The notes: generated from the letters alone by a model not told the origin. A DNA stretch of 64,000 nucleotides from Bacteroidota bacterium (GCA_016706255.1 JADJJZ010000029.1:554675-618674), one strand, 5' to 3'. Shown: positions 49,686 through 60,403, numbered from the stretch's first letter. Numbers and translations are program-made.

Positions 49686-51618
49686 ATGAAGATTATAGTA
49701 TTCATCTTGGTGTTTACACTTAGCTTTAGTGCGGATGCTCAGGTGCCTGAAATCGAGTGGCAGCGGAACTATGGCGGTTCTGGTTGGGACATTCCTTTTA
49801 AAATTTTATTTACTCCATCAGATAGTGGTTATATAGTTGCAGGCGTTTCAGGGTCTGATGATGGTGATCTTACAGAAAGCAATGGCTATGATGATTATTG
49901 GGTGGTTAAACTGGATAGCGTAGGAAACATTTTGTGGCAAAACACTTATGGAGGCTCAAGTTTTGATCAATGCAATGATATAGTGTTAACATCGGACGGA
50001 GGTTATTTATTGGCCGGATATATTTATTCAAATGATGGCGATATTACATTAAATCATGGAGACGTAGATTATTGGGTGGTTAAAATCAGTGTAACAGGTG
50101 TAATCGAGTGGCAAAAATCATTTGGTGGTGTTGAAACCGATTTTGCGAACCATATACTTACATTACCATCTGGTAATTTTATGATTATTGGCGGGTCAAG
50201 TTCTAACGACGGGGATGTTTTAGAACACCACAATACTCCTACGCTGACAAACGATATTTGGGTAATTGAAATTGACCCTATTGGCAATTTACTTTCGAGT
50301 AAATGTTATGGTTCCTATTTTGATGAAAGAGCCGGGGATTTAATTTTATTAGATGATGGCATTGCGATAGTAGGAACCACATTTGGTTCAGGTGGTGATG
50401 TTACCTCTCATGATGGTGCCACAGATTTTTGGTTATTTAAAATTGACTTCGATGGCAATATAATCTGGGATCGTTCATTTGGGAGGAGATGATTATGATT
50501 GGGGATATTCAATAGGTAAAAAAACAAACGGAGATTTAGTTATTTGTGGTATTACTTCTTCAGTCGATGGTGATATTATTGATTATAATGGAGGGACAGC
50601 TGATGCTTTGGTAGTTATAGTAGATAGTATAGGTAATTTAGAAAGTTCGCATTGTTTCGGTGGTAGTTTGTATGATGAAAGCGATGATCTAATTGTAATT
50701 GATAATAATCAAATTCTAATATGTGGTTCAACAGCCTCAATTGATGGTGATATGACAGAAAATAATGGGAGTAATGATTTTTGGATAGCCATGATTGATA
50801 CAATAGGAAATGTTCATTGGCAAAAATCACTCGGCGGTTCAATAGATGAAGCAGCTTATGCAATTGCTACAACTCCAGATGAAAATTCGTATATAACCGC
50901 AGGGCGTAGTCACTCATCTGATGTTGACGTCGAAGCAAACTTTGGGAGTTATGATTTTTGGGTAGTAAAATTAAATATTTGTGAAACGCTGTATTTTTTG
51001 GATGCAGACGGTGATGGATTTGGTGATATTACTAATGATTCAAGTGCATGTGATATACCTTTGGGATATGTTATTGATTCAACCGATTGTAATGATTCAT
51101 TAAATTTTATAAATCCTTCAGTAAAAGAAATTTGCAATTACATTGATGATAATTGCAATGGTGAAATTGATGAAGGTCTAACATTAATACTTACATTTGA
51201 AGATTTAGACAGTGATAGTTATGGCAATGAATTAATTGATTCTATCGCATGCGAAATTCCACCCGGTTACGTTTTATCCAACACCGACTGCAACGACACC
51301 AATCCCGACATCTACCCCGGCGCCCCCGAACTCCTCAACGGCCTCGACGACGATTGCGACCAAATAGCTGATGAAGGTTTACCTACAACAGATATTGTAA
51401 AAAATACAATAAGTATTTTCCCGAATCCGGTAAATAATATATTATTTATTCAATCAGATGCAACACAACAAATAACAATTGTAAATCAATTAGGAGAAGA
51501 AATATTACACACAAATTTATTTATTGGATTAAATACCATTTCGGTAGCAGATTTTGCGAGTGGTGTGTATTGGGTGAAAGTGGAAAATGGGGAGATGGTG
51601 GTTTGGGTGAAGGAGTGA
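49686..51618 (+). pseudogene. family-1 paralog G (A-like ends, diverged core); single 1-nt insertion
   Basis: ORF 49605..50492 ends WDRSFGRR*. ORF 50479..51618 continues as GGDDYDWGYSIGKK. The run at 50481-50483 is GGG, and GG would read SFGGDDYDWG, matching the family repeat. The real start is probably MKIIVFILVF at 49686. Confidence 0.75.
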
Positions 51619-51644
51619 TTGTGCGAAATTAAAATGAAAAAATT

Positions 51645-53878
51645 ATGTTTAAAATTCGCTCTATAAAAATATTAATGGCATTGAAAATTAATGCTCGTTT
51701 TATTTGCATATTATTTTTGGTTTTTCTTGTCTTTATAATAAAGCAAATGCACAAGCTACAAGTATAGAATGGTCAAATGCACTAGGCGGTCCGGATTATG
51801 AAGATGCAACAGATGTTATTCAATCTAATGACGGAGGCTATCTTGTGGTTGCTAACTCAGGAGAAGTAGGTGGTGATGTGACTGATTTTTATGGTGGAGC
51901 AGTAGATATATGGTTGACTAAATTAGATAGTTCAGGAAACCTTATTTGGCAGAAAAATTATGGGGGGTCAAGTATTGAAAAATCCCGTGCAGGAATTGCG
52001 ACGATAGATGGTGGATATATTATCGTAGGCTATACTGGCTCTGAAGATCATGATGTTAGTTTTAACCATGGACTCACCGATGCATGGGTTTTTAAAGTGG
52101 ATTCAATAGGAAATATAGTATGGGAAAGGTCATATGGTGGTACAAAAAGTGAGCAAGGATCGGCGATTTGTGGAACAGATGATGGGAATTTCGTGTTCGT
52201 AGGATATAGCCATTCAAATAATGGTGATTTGACATCTCATTATGGTACTGCAGAGACTTCCGATTATTGGATTGTAAAAATCGACAATACGGGTAATATC
52301 ATTTGGCAAAAATCATACGGCAAGTCGGAGGATGACTATGCATATGGTGTTGTGGAGCTATTCAATGGTGATATTACAGTCGGTGGCGTAACACAATGGG
52401 GAGATGGTGATGTAATAGGATTTCATGGCGGTATAGGGATTGAAGATGGATGGGTAATTGATTTAGATTCTAATGGAGCATTGAAATGGAGCAAAGCATT
52501 TGGTGGTACAGACTATGATGTTATATGGGATATCACTAAGGCGTCTGACTCTACAATTCACTGTGTTGGACAAGCAAAATCATTTGATGGAGATATTACC
52601 GACCATAAAGGAACTCCGGATGATTATTATTTAGATGATTGCATGTATTTGCAGCTTGATACAATGGGAAATTTACTAATGGAGAAATGTTTTGGTGGCA
52701 CAAGCGGCGATGCTGGATTTTCAATTTGTAAGACATTTGATAGTGGAGAAGTGATAGCCTGTAATTCTGCGAGCGATGATGTGGATGTGGCAGGCCATCA
52801 TGGTGGGACAGACCTTTACGATTATTGGATTATAAAATTAGATTCTTTAGCAAACATTGAGTGGAATATTAATATTGGAGGAATTTCATCTGATGAAAGT
52901 TATTCGATTATTCAACTTACAGATTCTGGATTCTTAGCAGTTGGTCTAAGTAATTCAATAGATGGAGATGTCTTAGACCACTACCCCGGACCTTCCAACT
53001 GGGATTCCTGGGTGGTTAAACTCAATAAAACCTGTCCGGGTATTTTATATTATGCAGATAAAGATGGTGATGGTTTTGGTGATCCAACTGATATACAAAT
53101 GTTTTGCTCAGATATGGTTGGATATGTATTAAATAATTTAGACTGTAATGATAATGATGCTGAAATTAATCCTACAATAGCTGAAATATGCAACACGATA
53201 GATGATAATTGTAATGGTATTGTTGACGAAGGTCTTGCGTTGTTTACGCTCTATCGAGATTTAGATGGAGATACTTTTGGGAATGATACTGATTTTATAA
53301 CATCGTGTCTTGAATATATTTCAGGTTTTGTTTTAGACTCAACAGATTGTAATGATACCAATGCGTTAATTTTTCCGGGTGCTGAAGAACTCTGCAACTA
53401 CCTCGATGATGATTGTGATGGTATTACAGATGATAATATCACTTTCATACAAAGTTTTATTGATGCTGACAACGACAATTTCGGCAACGCTGATTTTGAT
53501 TCCATCGCATGCGAAATTCCACCCGGTTACGTTTTATCCAACACCGACTGCAACGACACCAATCCCGACATCTACCCCGGCGCCCCCGAACTCCTCAACG
53601 GCCTCGACGACGATTGCGACCAAATTGCTGATGAAGGTTTAGCAATAAGAGATATTGTAAAAAATACAATAAGAATTTTCCCGAATCCGGTAAATGCGAT
53701 TTTATTTATTCAATCGGATGCAACACATCAAATTACAATTGTAAATCAATTAGGAGAAGAAATATTGCACATAAATTTATTTATAGGATTAAATACAATT
53801 TCGGTAGCAGATTTTGCGAGTGGTGTGTATTGGGTGAAAGCGGAAAATGGGGAGATGGTGGTTTGGGTGAAGGAGTGA
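51645..53878 (+). pseudogene. family-1 paralog H (C/D-like); 1-nt deletion in the signal-peptide T-run
   Basis: The ATG at 51645 encodes MFKIRSIKILMALKINARFICIL, as in C and D. The T-run at 51714-51718 is T5 versus T6 in C and D, so this frame stops after 40 codons. The body ORF 51704..53878 can start only at a TTG, giving MHIIFGFSCLYNKANAQ, which lacks the charged n-region. Confidence 0.7.
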
Positions 53879-54047
53879 GTTGGGGGTAAGATTGAAACAG
53901 CCATTGAACAGAATTGAACAAAATTGAACAAAAATTGAACCATTCAGATTGCTATCAGGAGAATTAAAATTGAGGTTGGATTTTCGCATTAAAATTTTGA
54001 TTCAAATTTAAAATTTGAAATGATGTAAACAATATTTCCTCAAAATT
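53879..54047. repeat. conserved 3'-flanking module (copy 3)
   Basis: Homologous to 36304-36482 and 45909-46100. Confidence 0.75.
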
Positions 54048-54107
54048 GTCCTGCATGTTATTTTGTAGGGACGTATTGCATGCGTCCTTACAAATAATAG
54101 GCAGGAC
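54048..54107. repeat. type-B long hairpin element
   Basis: GTCCTGCATGTTATTTTGTAGGGACGTATTGCATGCGTCCTTACAAATAATAGGCAGGAC. Confidence 0.85.
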
Positions 54108-54140
54108 GGTTACGAAGCGATAAATTAATGATTTAATCTT

Positions 54141-55889
54141 TTACAAATACAGTTGTAGTATACAAATTCCTGCATACAGGTAAATTAAATATAAACCTGC
54201 GCTTAATTCAGAAGCATCAAAATTAAATGGTGTTTGAATTTTATTTTGTTGAAAAATTAAATCCCCATTTATATTATAAATAGTAAGTAAAGGCGTATTT
54301 ATATTTTCGAATTGAATAGTCAGCTCATTGGTGGCCGGGTTTGGAAAAACTGATAAACCTATCAATTCTGTTTCTATGATTTCCAGGCCATCATCTGCAA
54401 TTTGATTGCAGTCATCATCAATGCCATTTAAAATTTCGGTTGCTCCTGGGTTAATAAACGGGTTGTTATCATCACAATCACCACCTACTAAAACAAATCC
54501 ATCATTAAGTGTGCATGAATAACTATAATTATCGCTATCGCCATAAGTATCATCATCTTGGTCAGGATATACAAGCATTTGGTCACATTCTTTATCCAAC
54601 TTAAATATCCAAACATCAGGATATTCAGAGTCGCCGTAATGGGATGCAATATCTCCATCAGTTGATCTACAAACACCTTGCACAACATAGCCATTACCCA
54701 ATTGTTGAATGTTGTAAAAGTTTTCATTGTTATAGCCACCAAAACAATTTGACCACTTAATAATACCTGCTGTGTCCATTTCAACAATCCATATATCAAC
54801 GGGCTTTGCAGAATAATGGTTACCAAAAACATCGCCATTATGTGGGGAAGCAGTAAAGCCAGATACGATAAACGAGGAATCATTGATAGGTAATAATTGT
54901 TGCCCTTCATCACCACTGGTTCCACCGTAACATTTTGACCATAATAAATTACCAATCGAATCAATTTTACCTACCCACATATCCTGCCATAATGGTGCAG
55001 AGTGATTTCCAGATATATCTCCATCATCTGAATAAGTATAACCGGAAAAGTAGTATTCATTTTCACCAATTTCAGCTATTGAATAAATTAAGTCGTAGTC
55101 AGAGCCCCCATAAAGTTTCACCCAAACCAGTTCACCTGCTTCTGATAGCTCAATAATATATCCGTCCCAAGATGGTAATTCAGGTGATTTTGTGTATCCT
55201 GTTAACAAATAATTACCATCAACATTTTGCATTACTGAAAAGCTTTCGTCATCATTTTCAGTCCCTAAAACTTTAATGAATAAGAGCTCTCCTTCTTGTG
55301 AAATTTTTCCAAAAACAATATCAACATAATCAGCTACTCCGAAATGTGTTCCTATCAATCCATCATCTGATGTACTTAAGCCAGCAAAATAAATTTCGTT
55401 TTCATTATTTATTCCAATATCTATTATGGCGTCATCATAAGAACCCCCAACTGATAATTCCCATTCGAGTAATCCATTTGAGTCAACTTTGATTACCCAC
55501 ATATCTGAAAATCCATAATTAATTGAAATATCGCCACCTTCTGAAACTGTGTACCCGGCAATAACAAAACCACCATCACTAGTTTGTACCATATCTTTAG
55601 GAATATCTGAGGATTCCCCTCCATAAGTATAATCCCATAGTAGTTCACCATTTTTGTCAATTTTATAAATCCAATAATCAGTTTGTTCTGGCTCACTACT
55701 CACATCATAATCGTTAGAATTAGTTTGTGCTGCAATTACCATCGAAGAATCTTCCAAAATTACAAACCCTGCGGGCCAGTCATAAAAACTACCACCATAA
55801 TTTTTCTCAAATGAAAGATTATAAGGCTGGGCATTTGATATTAAAACCGCAATCAGAGTAAAAACTATAAGTAAAAGTAACGGCTTCAA
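54141..55889 (-). CDS. family-1 paralog I (minus strand; propeller-like repeats, 1 Cys-rich module, CTD); last CTD strand apparently frameshifted
   Basis: 582-aa ORF ending ...GLYLIYLYAGICILQLYL*. The plus-strand run at 54169-54170 is CC, versus CCC in remnant 46223-46225. With one extra base the end becomes YAGNLYTTTVFVKD*, with the stop at 54133-54135. That is a canonical CTD terminus. Confidence 0.75.
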   Translation of the reverse strand: MKPLLLLIVFTLIAVLISNAQPYNLSFEKNYGGSFYDWPAGFVILEDSSMVIAAQTNSNDYDVSSEPEQTDYWIYKIDKNGELLWDYTYGGESSDIPKDMVQTSDGGFVIAGYTVSEGGDISINYGFSDMWVIKVDSNGLLEWELSVGGSYDDAIIDIGINNENEIYFAGLSTSDDGLIGTHFGVADYVDIVFGKISQEGELLFIKVLGTENDDESFSVMQNVDGNYLLTGYTKSPELPSWDGYIIELSEAGELVWVKLYGGSDYDLIYSIAEIGENEYYFSGYTYSDDGDISGNHSAPLWQDMWVGKIDSIGNLLWSKCYGGTSGDEGQQLLPINDSSFIVSGFTASPHNGDVFGNHYSAKPVDIWIVEMDTAGIIKWSNCFGGYNNENFYNIQQLGNGYVVQGVCRSTDGDIASHYGDSEYPDVWIFKLDKECDQMLVYPDQDDDTYGDSDNYSYSCTLNDGFVLVGGDCDDNNPFINPGATEILNGIDDDCNQIADDGLEIIETELIGLSVFPNPATNELTIQFENINTPLLTIYNINGDLIFQQNKIQTPFNFDASELSAGLYLIYLYAGICILQLYL

Positions 55890-55953
55890 TTTAGTTTAGT
55901 TTAATGTATTAACGTTAAGCATTATAAATTATTAGAATTTCGGTATTTTAGGT

Positions 55954-56841
55954 TTAATGTATATTTATTTCTTTGGTGTAAATACTTGTTTGATTCATAA
56001 GAACGACAACGTAAATTCCGGGTGGGATTGTTTCCATATCAATCAAAGTAAATTTTTCTTTCAAATCCGTTTCCAAAAGTTTTTGTCCTTGTAGATTATT
56101 AATTGCAAGCGAACATCCAGCGTAATTCTCAGTTTTAACATATAGTCTGTTATTAAAAGTATATACTAACGCATCGAGGACTTTTTTTTCATTTATTGGA
56201 ACTGTGGTATCACCAATCATATCACCGGCAATGATACCCATGTCACACTTATTTTCATAAGCGTAATCCTTAATTGTTAATTTCTCACCATTTTCATTTA
56301 TTGTACATCTTATCCAGCCATAATGTGTACACTCTAAACTATCTTTAAATTTAATGCCTACAAATTTGTCAACTGCTTCAGGGTACCAGTCGCCTCCTTC
56401 AAATAAATAATATATTGACCATTCAGGTATCAATTTATAGGCCATTTTTGCATCATAATGATTAAAAAGCAATTCATCATTAATGATTGTTCCAACATCT
56501 AAAGCTGCAACAAGGTAAGTGTTTGTCGAGAATAAATATGTAGAAAAAACAGCCTTATTCTCAAATCCAGTTAAATCTATTTCGCTCCTGTAAACATCAC
56601 AACCGCACCAATCAGTATAAATTGTATTCGCGAATTTTTGAAATGTAAAATCATTTACACCGTCATTATCAATATCTAGTAGGAAGGCTTCGCTAGGGGC
56701 TATTGAAAGTATTGTATCGGGATCAATATCTACATAAACTGCTTGAGCACCAGTTTCCCAAGGAATACCAAGAAAACTACCAGCTAAAGCCGCATAACCT
56801 GCGAGGTTAAATGCTTTTGAATTTATTTGTCTGTTTTTCAA
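55954..56841 (-). CDS. family-2 T9SS cargo paralog J (DIDPD / HYGWIRC family)
   Basis: 295 aa. AVYVDIDPDTIL, DIDNDGVNDFTF, HYGWIRC, LTIKDYAYEN, and CTD-like end (GIYVVVLMNQTSIYTKEINIH). Confidence 0.7.
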   Translation of the reverse strand: MKNRQINSKAFNLAGYAALAGSFLGIPWETGAQAVYVDIDPDTILSIAPSEAFLLDIDNDGVNDFTFQKFANTIYTDWCGCDVYRSEIDLTGFENKAVFSTYLFSTNTYLVAALDVGTIINDELLFNHYDAKMAYKLIPEWSIYYLFEGGDWYPEAVDKFVGIKFKDSLECTHYGWIRCTINENGEKLTIKDYAYENKCDMGIIAGDMIGDTTVPINEKKVLDALVYTFNNRLYVKTENYAGCSLAINNLQGQKLLETDLKEKFTLIDMETIPPGIYVVVLMNQTSIYTKEINIH

Positions 56842-57020
56842 TTTGTTTTAATGTTTGGACTTACTTACCAAAAATTCAAGAAAGTCTAATTAGGATAGTT
56901 TAAAAATAGGGTTTTATTCGGGTTTACAATATGCTAATTTGTAGGGTATAAAAATTCTGCTTCGGCTGGAATTTATTTAATGTTTAATCACCGAATTTAA
57001 TTGGATTTATCACCCAATCG

Positions 57021-57079
57021 CAATTTGCCTGTGGCTGCAGGGACGCATGCAATTCGTCCCTACATCCACTGGCCATTTG
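57021..57079. repeat. type-A long hairpin element
   Basis: CAATTTGCCTGTGGCTGCAGGGACG / CGTCCCTACATCCACTGGCCATTTG. Confidence 0.8.
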
Positions 57080-57145
57080 CTCAATTAGGTTTAAAAGCAC
57101 AATTTGAAAAAGGTCATTTTACAAATTAATATTTCACTCAAAATT

Positions 57146-57206
57146 GTCATGCATGTTATTTTGTAGGCACGTATTGCATGCGTCCTTACAAAATAATGTG
57201 CAGGAC
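57146..57206. repeat. type-B long hairpin element
   Basis: GTCATGCATGTTATTTTGTAGGCACGTATTGCATGCGTCCTTACAAAATAATGTGCAGGAC. Confidence 0.8.
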
Positions 57207-57339
57207 GTTTACGAAGCTGAGCATGCCAATGTTTAAAAAAACCAACCAGGTCCGAGCAAGGTTCATCCAGCCAAAAAAAATTATTTTCCCGGCACAATTT
57301 TGTGATTATAACATTTTATCCTAATTATTTGAAGATTTA

Positions 57340-58233
57340 TTATTTGTCCAATAACAATGTTTTAGCGAAATATTCTATTCCACATCGCACTTCAACTAAA
57401 TAAATGCCGGTGGTTAAAGAAGTTAATATTGAGTTTCTAGATTCATGTAAATTTTTCTGATAAACACAACGTCCGCTCATATCATAAATGTTTAAAGTAA
57501 AATCTAATTCCGGTCTGCTTGATATGTTTACATAAATAACGTTTCCGTAAGCGTAAATATTTCCAGCTAGAATATTTGAATTAATATTTTGATAAGTTTC
57601 TTTGCTACCTGTTAAAATTGGTTGATTTGTCTCAGATTCATAAGCAAAATCTTTTATTATTAACGCATGACCATCATCCTTTACATCACATCTTATCCAA
57701 CCATAATGAATATTATTATCGCTATCCACAAACTTTGCTCCTAAGTAATGGTCTAATAGCTCTGGTAAGCTTTCGGAATTCCAATAACATAGGTCACAAT
57801 GGTCGTCATAACCACCAGCCCAAGTTTTCCATGCAATGAATTGAATTCCAAAATTTTGCCAGTTAAGTAAAGGTTCAATTAGATTACTTTCAGAGAATGC
57901 ATATGGGAAATATCGATTCCCACCACTATAAAAATAATAATGGGAGATACCAGCAAGAGCATTTGATGATATGAATGGACCTGCTAGCAATGACTGAAAG
58001 GTAACATAACCTAATGTAAAGTCATAGGTTGTAGCAGAGTTATTTAAAAACCCAAAATCAAACGTACCATTATTATCAATGTCTATCGCAAAAAAATCTT
58101 CTGTTTCATTTAATATAGTATCTGGGTCAATATCTGTATAAATTACTTCTCCATTGGTAGTATTAAATATCATGAAATTTGCGCAAGCAAATACTGAATA
58201 TGCTTTCAATTTAATTTTAGATTCTTTTTTCAT
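57340..58233 (-). CDS. family-2 paralog K
   Basis: 297 aa. VIYTDIDPDTIL, DIDNNGTFDFGF, HYGWIRCDVKDDGHALIIKDFAYE, and CTD-like end (GIYLVEVRCGIEYFAKTLLLDK). Confidence 0.7.
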   Translation of the reverse strand: MKKESKIKLKAYSVFACANFMIFNTTNGEVIYTDIDPDTILNETEDFFAIDIDNNGTFDFGFLNNSATTYDFTLGYVTFQSLLAGPFISSNALAGISHYYFYSGGNRYFPYAFSESNLIEPLLNWQNFGIQFIAWKTWAGGYDDHCDLCYWNSESLPELLDHYLGAKFVDSDNNIHYGWIRCDVKDDGHALIIKDFAYESETNQPILTGSKETYQNINSNILAGNIYAYGNVIYVNISSRPELDFTLNIYDMSGRCVYQKNLHESRNSILTSLTTGIYLVEVRCGIEYFAKTLLLDK

Positions 58234-58474
58234 TCTATATATCTTTCATTTGTGCCTAATGAAATTTTCTTCAAAAGATTTTACAAATTAAATCCTACAA
58301 TGTCCTGCCGGAAGAGGTTTATAAGTGGTCATCCTGACATAGATTGTCTAAGTTAAACCAAACAAGATACAAATTAAACCAAAAAAAAATACAAACATCA
58401 GTCCAAGATTGGTGCTTACTTCGCCCAATTTCCCCCATTTTCACTAAATTTACCCTACCATTCATGAAATTACA

Positions 58475-59359
58475 ATGCGTTTAAAAGCTTTACACAATAA
58501 ACTCGCAGATTATTCTCTCCTATCCGGAGCATTTATTTTGATGTATCAAGGTGCTGCAGGACAGGTGGTTTATACGGATATTGATCCGACATTGAAATTG
58601 AATTTGATGGACAAAGAAGTGCATATTTTGATATTGATAATAATGGGCAATTGATTTTGCATTTTAAATTCCTCATGGTCTTATGATTTTAGAATGTATA
58701 GTTTTATTCAGCAAGATTACGCCGTAAAATCTGGGCAGGTCCACTTGAAACAATCAGATAGCCGGTAATTCTTTTCACGATGCGGGATTTGGCGGGTTGA
58801 TATCATCCTTATGCTCTTAATAATGATGCATTAATTACAGAAGACTTAGAGTTTTCAAAATTGGAGACTTCAAACAATGGCAGGCGCTCACATAAAACTT
58901 AGAAACATTTGATGATTGGTTTTAATGGGGCATTGGATATTTGATGAGAATACAATTTTTAGGCTTAAATTTATTGGTCGGACGAGTATATACATTATGG
59001 CTGGATGCGATGTGGCGTAATAGATACAGCAGAATTTTAATTATATTTGATTATGCGTATGAATCTAAATGTGAAACTGGCATTCTTGCCGGTGATACAA
59101 TCGGAGACACAAGTGGAGTTTCAATTTCAGAATTAAATATATTTAAAATTTACAGTTTCAACAATAATATTTATGTCAATATTCCCAATTATCAAAACAC
59201 ACAAATAACTGTTTACGATATTACCGGTAATAAAATTTATAATAAATCCTTGAAGGAAATTCTTCAGTAATCAACATGGAAAGTTTCGCTGCCGGAATTT
59301 ATGTTGTGTCGGTTAAACTAGGGGAAAATGTGGTTACGAAAAAAGTGAATGTGGAGTGA
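58475..59359 (+). pseudogene. family-2 paralog L, heavily degraded (multiple frameshifts)
   Basis: The ATG at 58475 gives MRLKALHNKLADYSLLSGAFILMYQGAAGQVVYTDIDP, after which the frame is lost repeatedly. ORF 58941..59270 retains YAYESKCETGILAGDTIGDT. The CTD end FAAGIYVVSVKLGENVVTKKVNVE* is in yet another frame, with its stop at 59357-59359. Confidence 0.7.
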
Positions 59360-59421
59360 ACCTTATCAAAAAAATCTTATTAAATAATTATTAAACAATA
59401 CAGTTCCAATTTTTAAATAAA

Positions 59422-60334
59422 ATGAAAAAACCATTAGACCAAATATTAAGCAATTATAGTCGAATGGCAGGTATTTTTATTTTATTAAATAACAAGGCTA
59501 GTGCAACCGTTGTGGTAACAGATATTGACCCTGACACTACCATTAATTTGGATGGAGAATTCTATCTTCTTGATATGGATAATAACGCTGTCAGTGATTT
59601 TATAATTTTTAAAGATTCAGGATACTATTATTATGAGGGTTATTCCTCTACAACTCTTCGATTTAGGCAATTAGTTGCAATGGGGCCTCAATACACACTT
59701 TGAATAAAATTTTAGGAGCACATTATTATAATTCATGGACTGGTGCTGATTTTTATTTCCCCATACCACTTATTCAAGGTGAAGAAATTGGATTTAGTCA
59801 AACTTTTTACAATTTTCCTGTACAGATTATATGTGCCGGTCACCTTGAAAACATTGGTTCAGTTTCAGGGTTTCATTTAGGACCCGGTTATTGGTTGGCT
59901 CCTGGTAACCACGGTGTTGAAAATCGATACTTAGGAGTTTCCTTTGTTGATGAAGATGAAAACAGATATTACGGCTGGGTTCGATGTTCCACAGCAGACT
60001 CGATGAAGGCGATTACTATTCATGAATATGCTTTTGAAAATGAACCTAATAAACCTATTATAGCTGGCGATACAATTAGTTATGTAGATATTAATACCCT
60101 ACCAAATACCGAAGCTATCAGCATTTATAGTTTTGAAAATCAAATTCATATTCAATTGATGAATAATCAAGATGCAACGGTAAATATTTACGATATTAAG
60201 GTAATAAAATATTTTTCGAACAAATTAACAGAAATTCTGAAATAATCAATATGGAAAATTTTGCTGCTGGAATTTATGTGGTGTCGGTTAAACTAGGGGA
60301 AAATGTGGTTACGAAAAAAGTGATTGTGGAATGA
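59422..60334 (+). pseudogene. family-2 paralog M, two frameshifts
   Basis: ORFs 59422..59703 and 59700..60245 plus the tail to 60334 are colinear with intact paralog N. There is a break near 59698-59701. ATTAAGGT (~60196) contrasts with ATTAAAGGT in N. The 3' ~400 bp are nearly identical to N. Confidence 0.75.
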
Positions 60335-60403
60335 AATTGTGAAAATAAAATTATCATAATTGAAAATAAGATGTTAAATTAAAATTTAATAAAACGAAAT
60401 CAT

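Noticed and set aside
54488-54964. 158-aa minus-strand ORF inside paralog I.
   Set aside because: It is an alternative frame of the same strand as gene I. It has none of the family repeat signature seen in the annotated frame.
34289-55889. Diversity-generating retroelement (DGR) as the source of variation in the paralog family.
   Set aside because: There is no reverse transcriptase ORF and no template/variable repeat pair with adenine-specific differences in the window. Differences between copies are block-wise (mosaic), not A-site specific.
33273-57206. Recurrent GTAGGGACG...CGTCCCTAC repeats considered as a possible CRISPR array.
   Set aside because: The repeats are themselves long palindromic hairpins with variable arms. 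Their spacing is irregular, from tens of nt to many kb, they are scattered among genes, and no cas genes are present.
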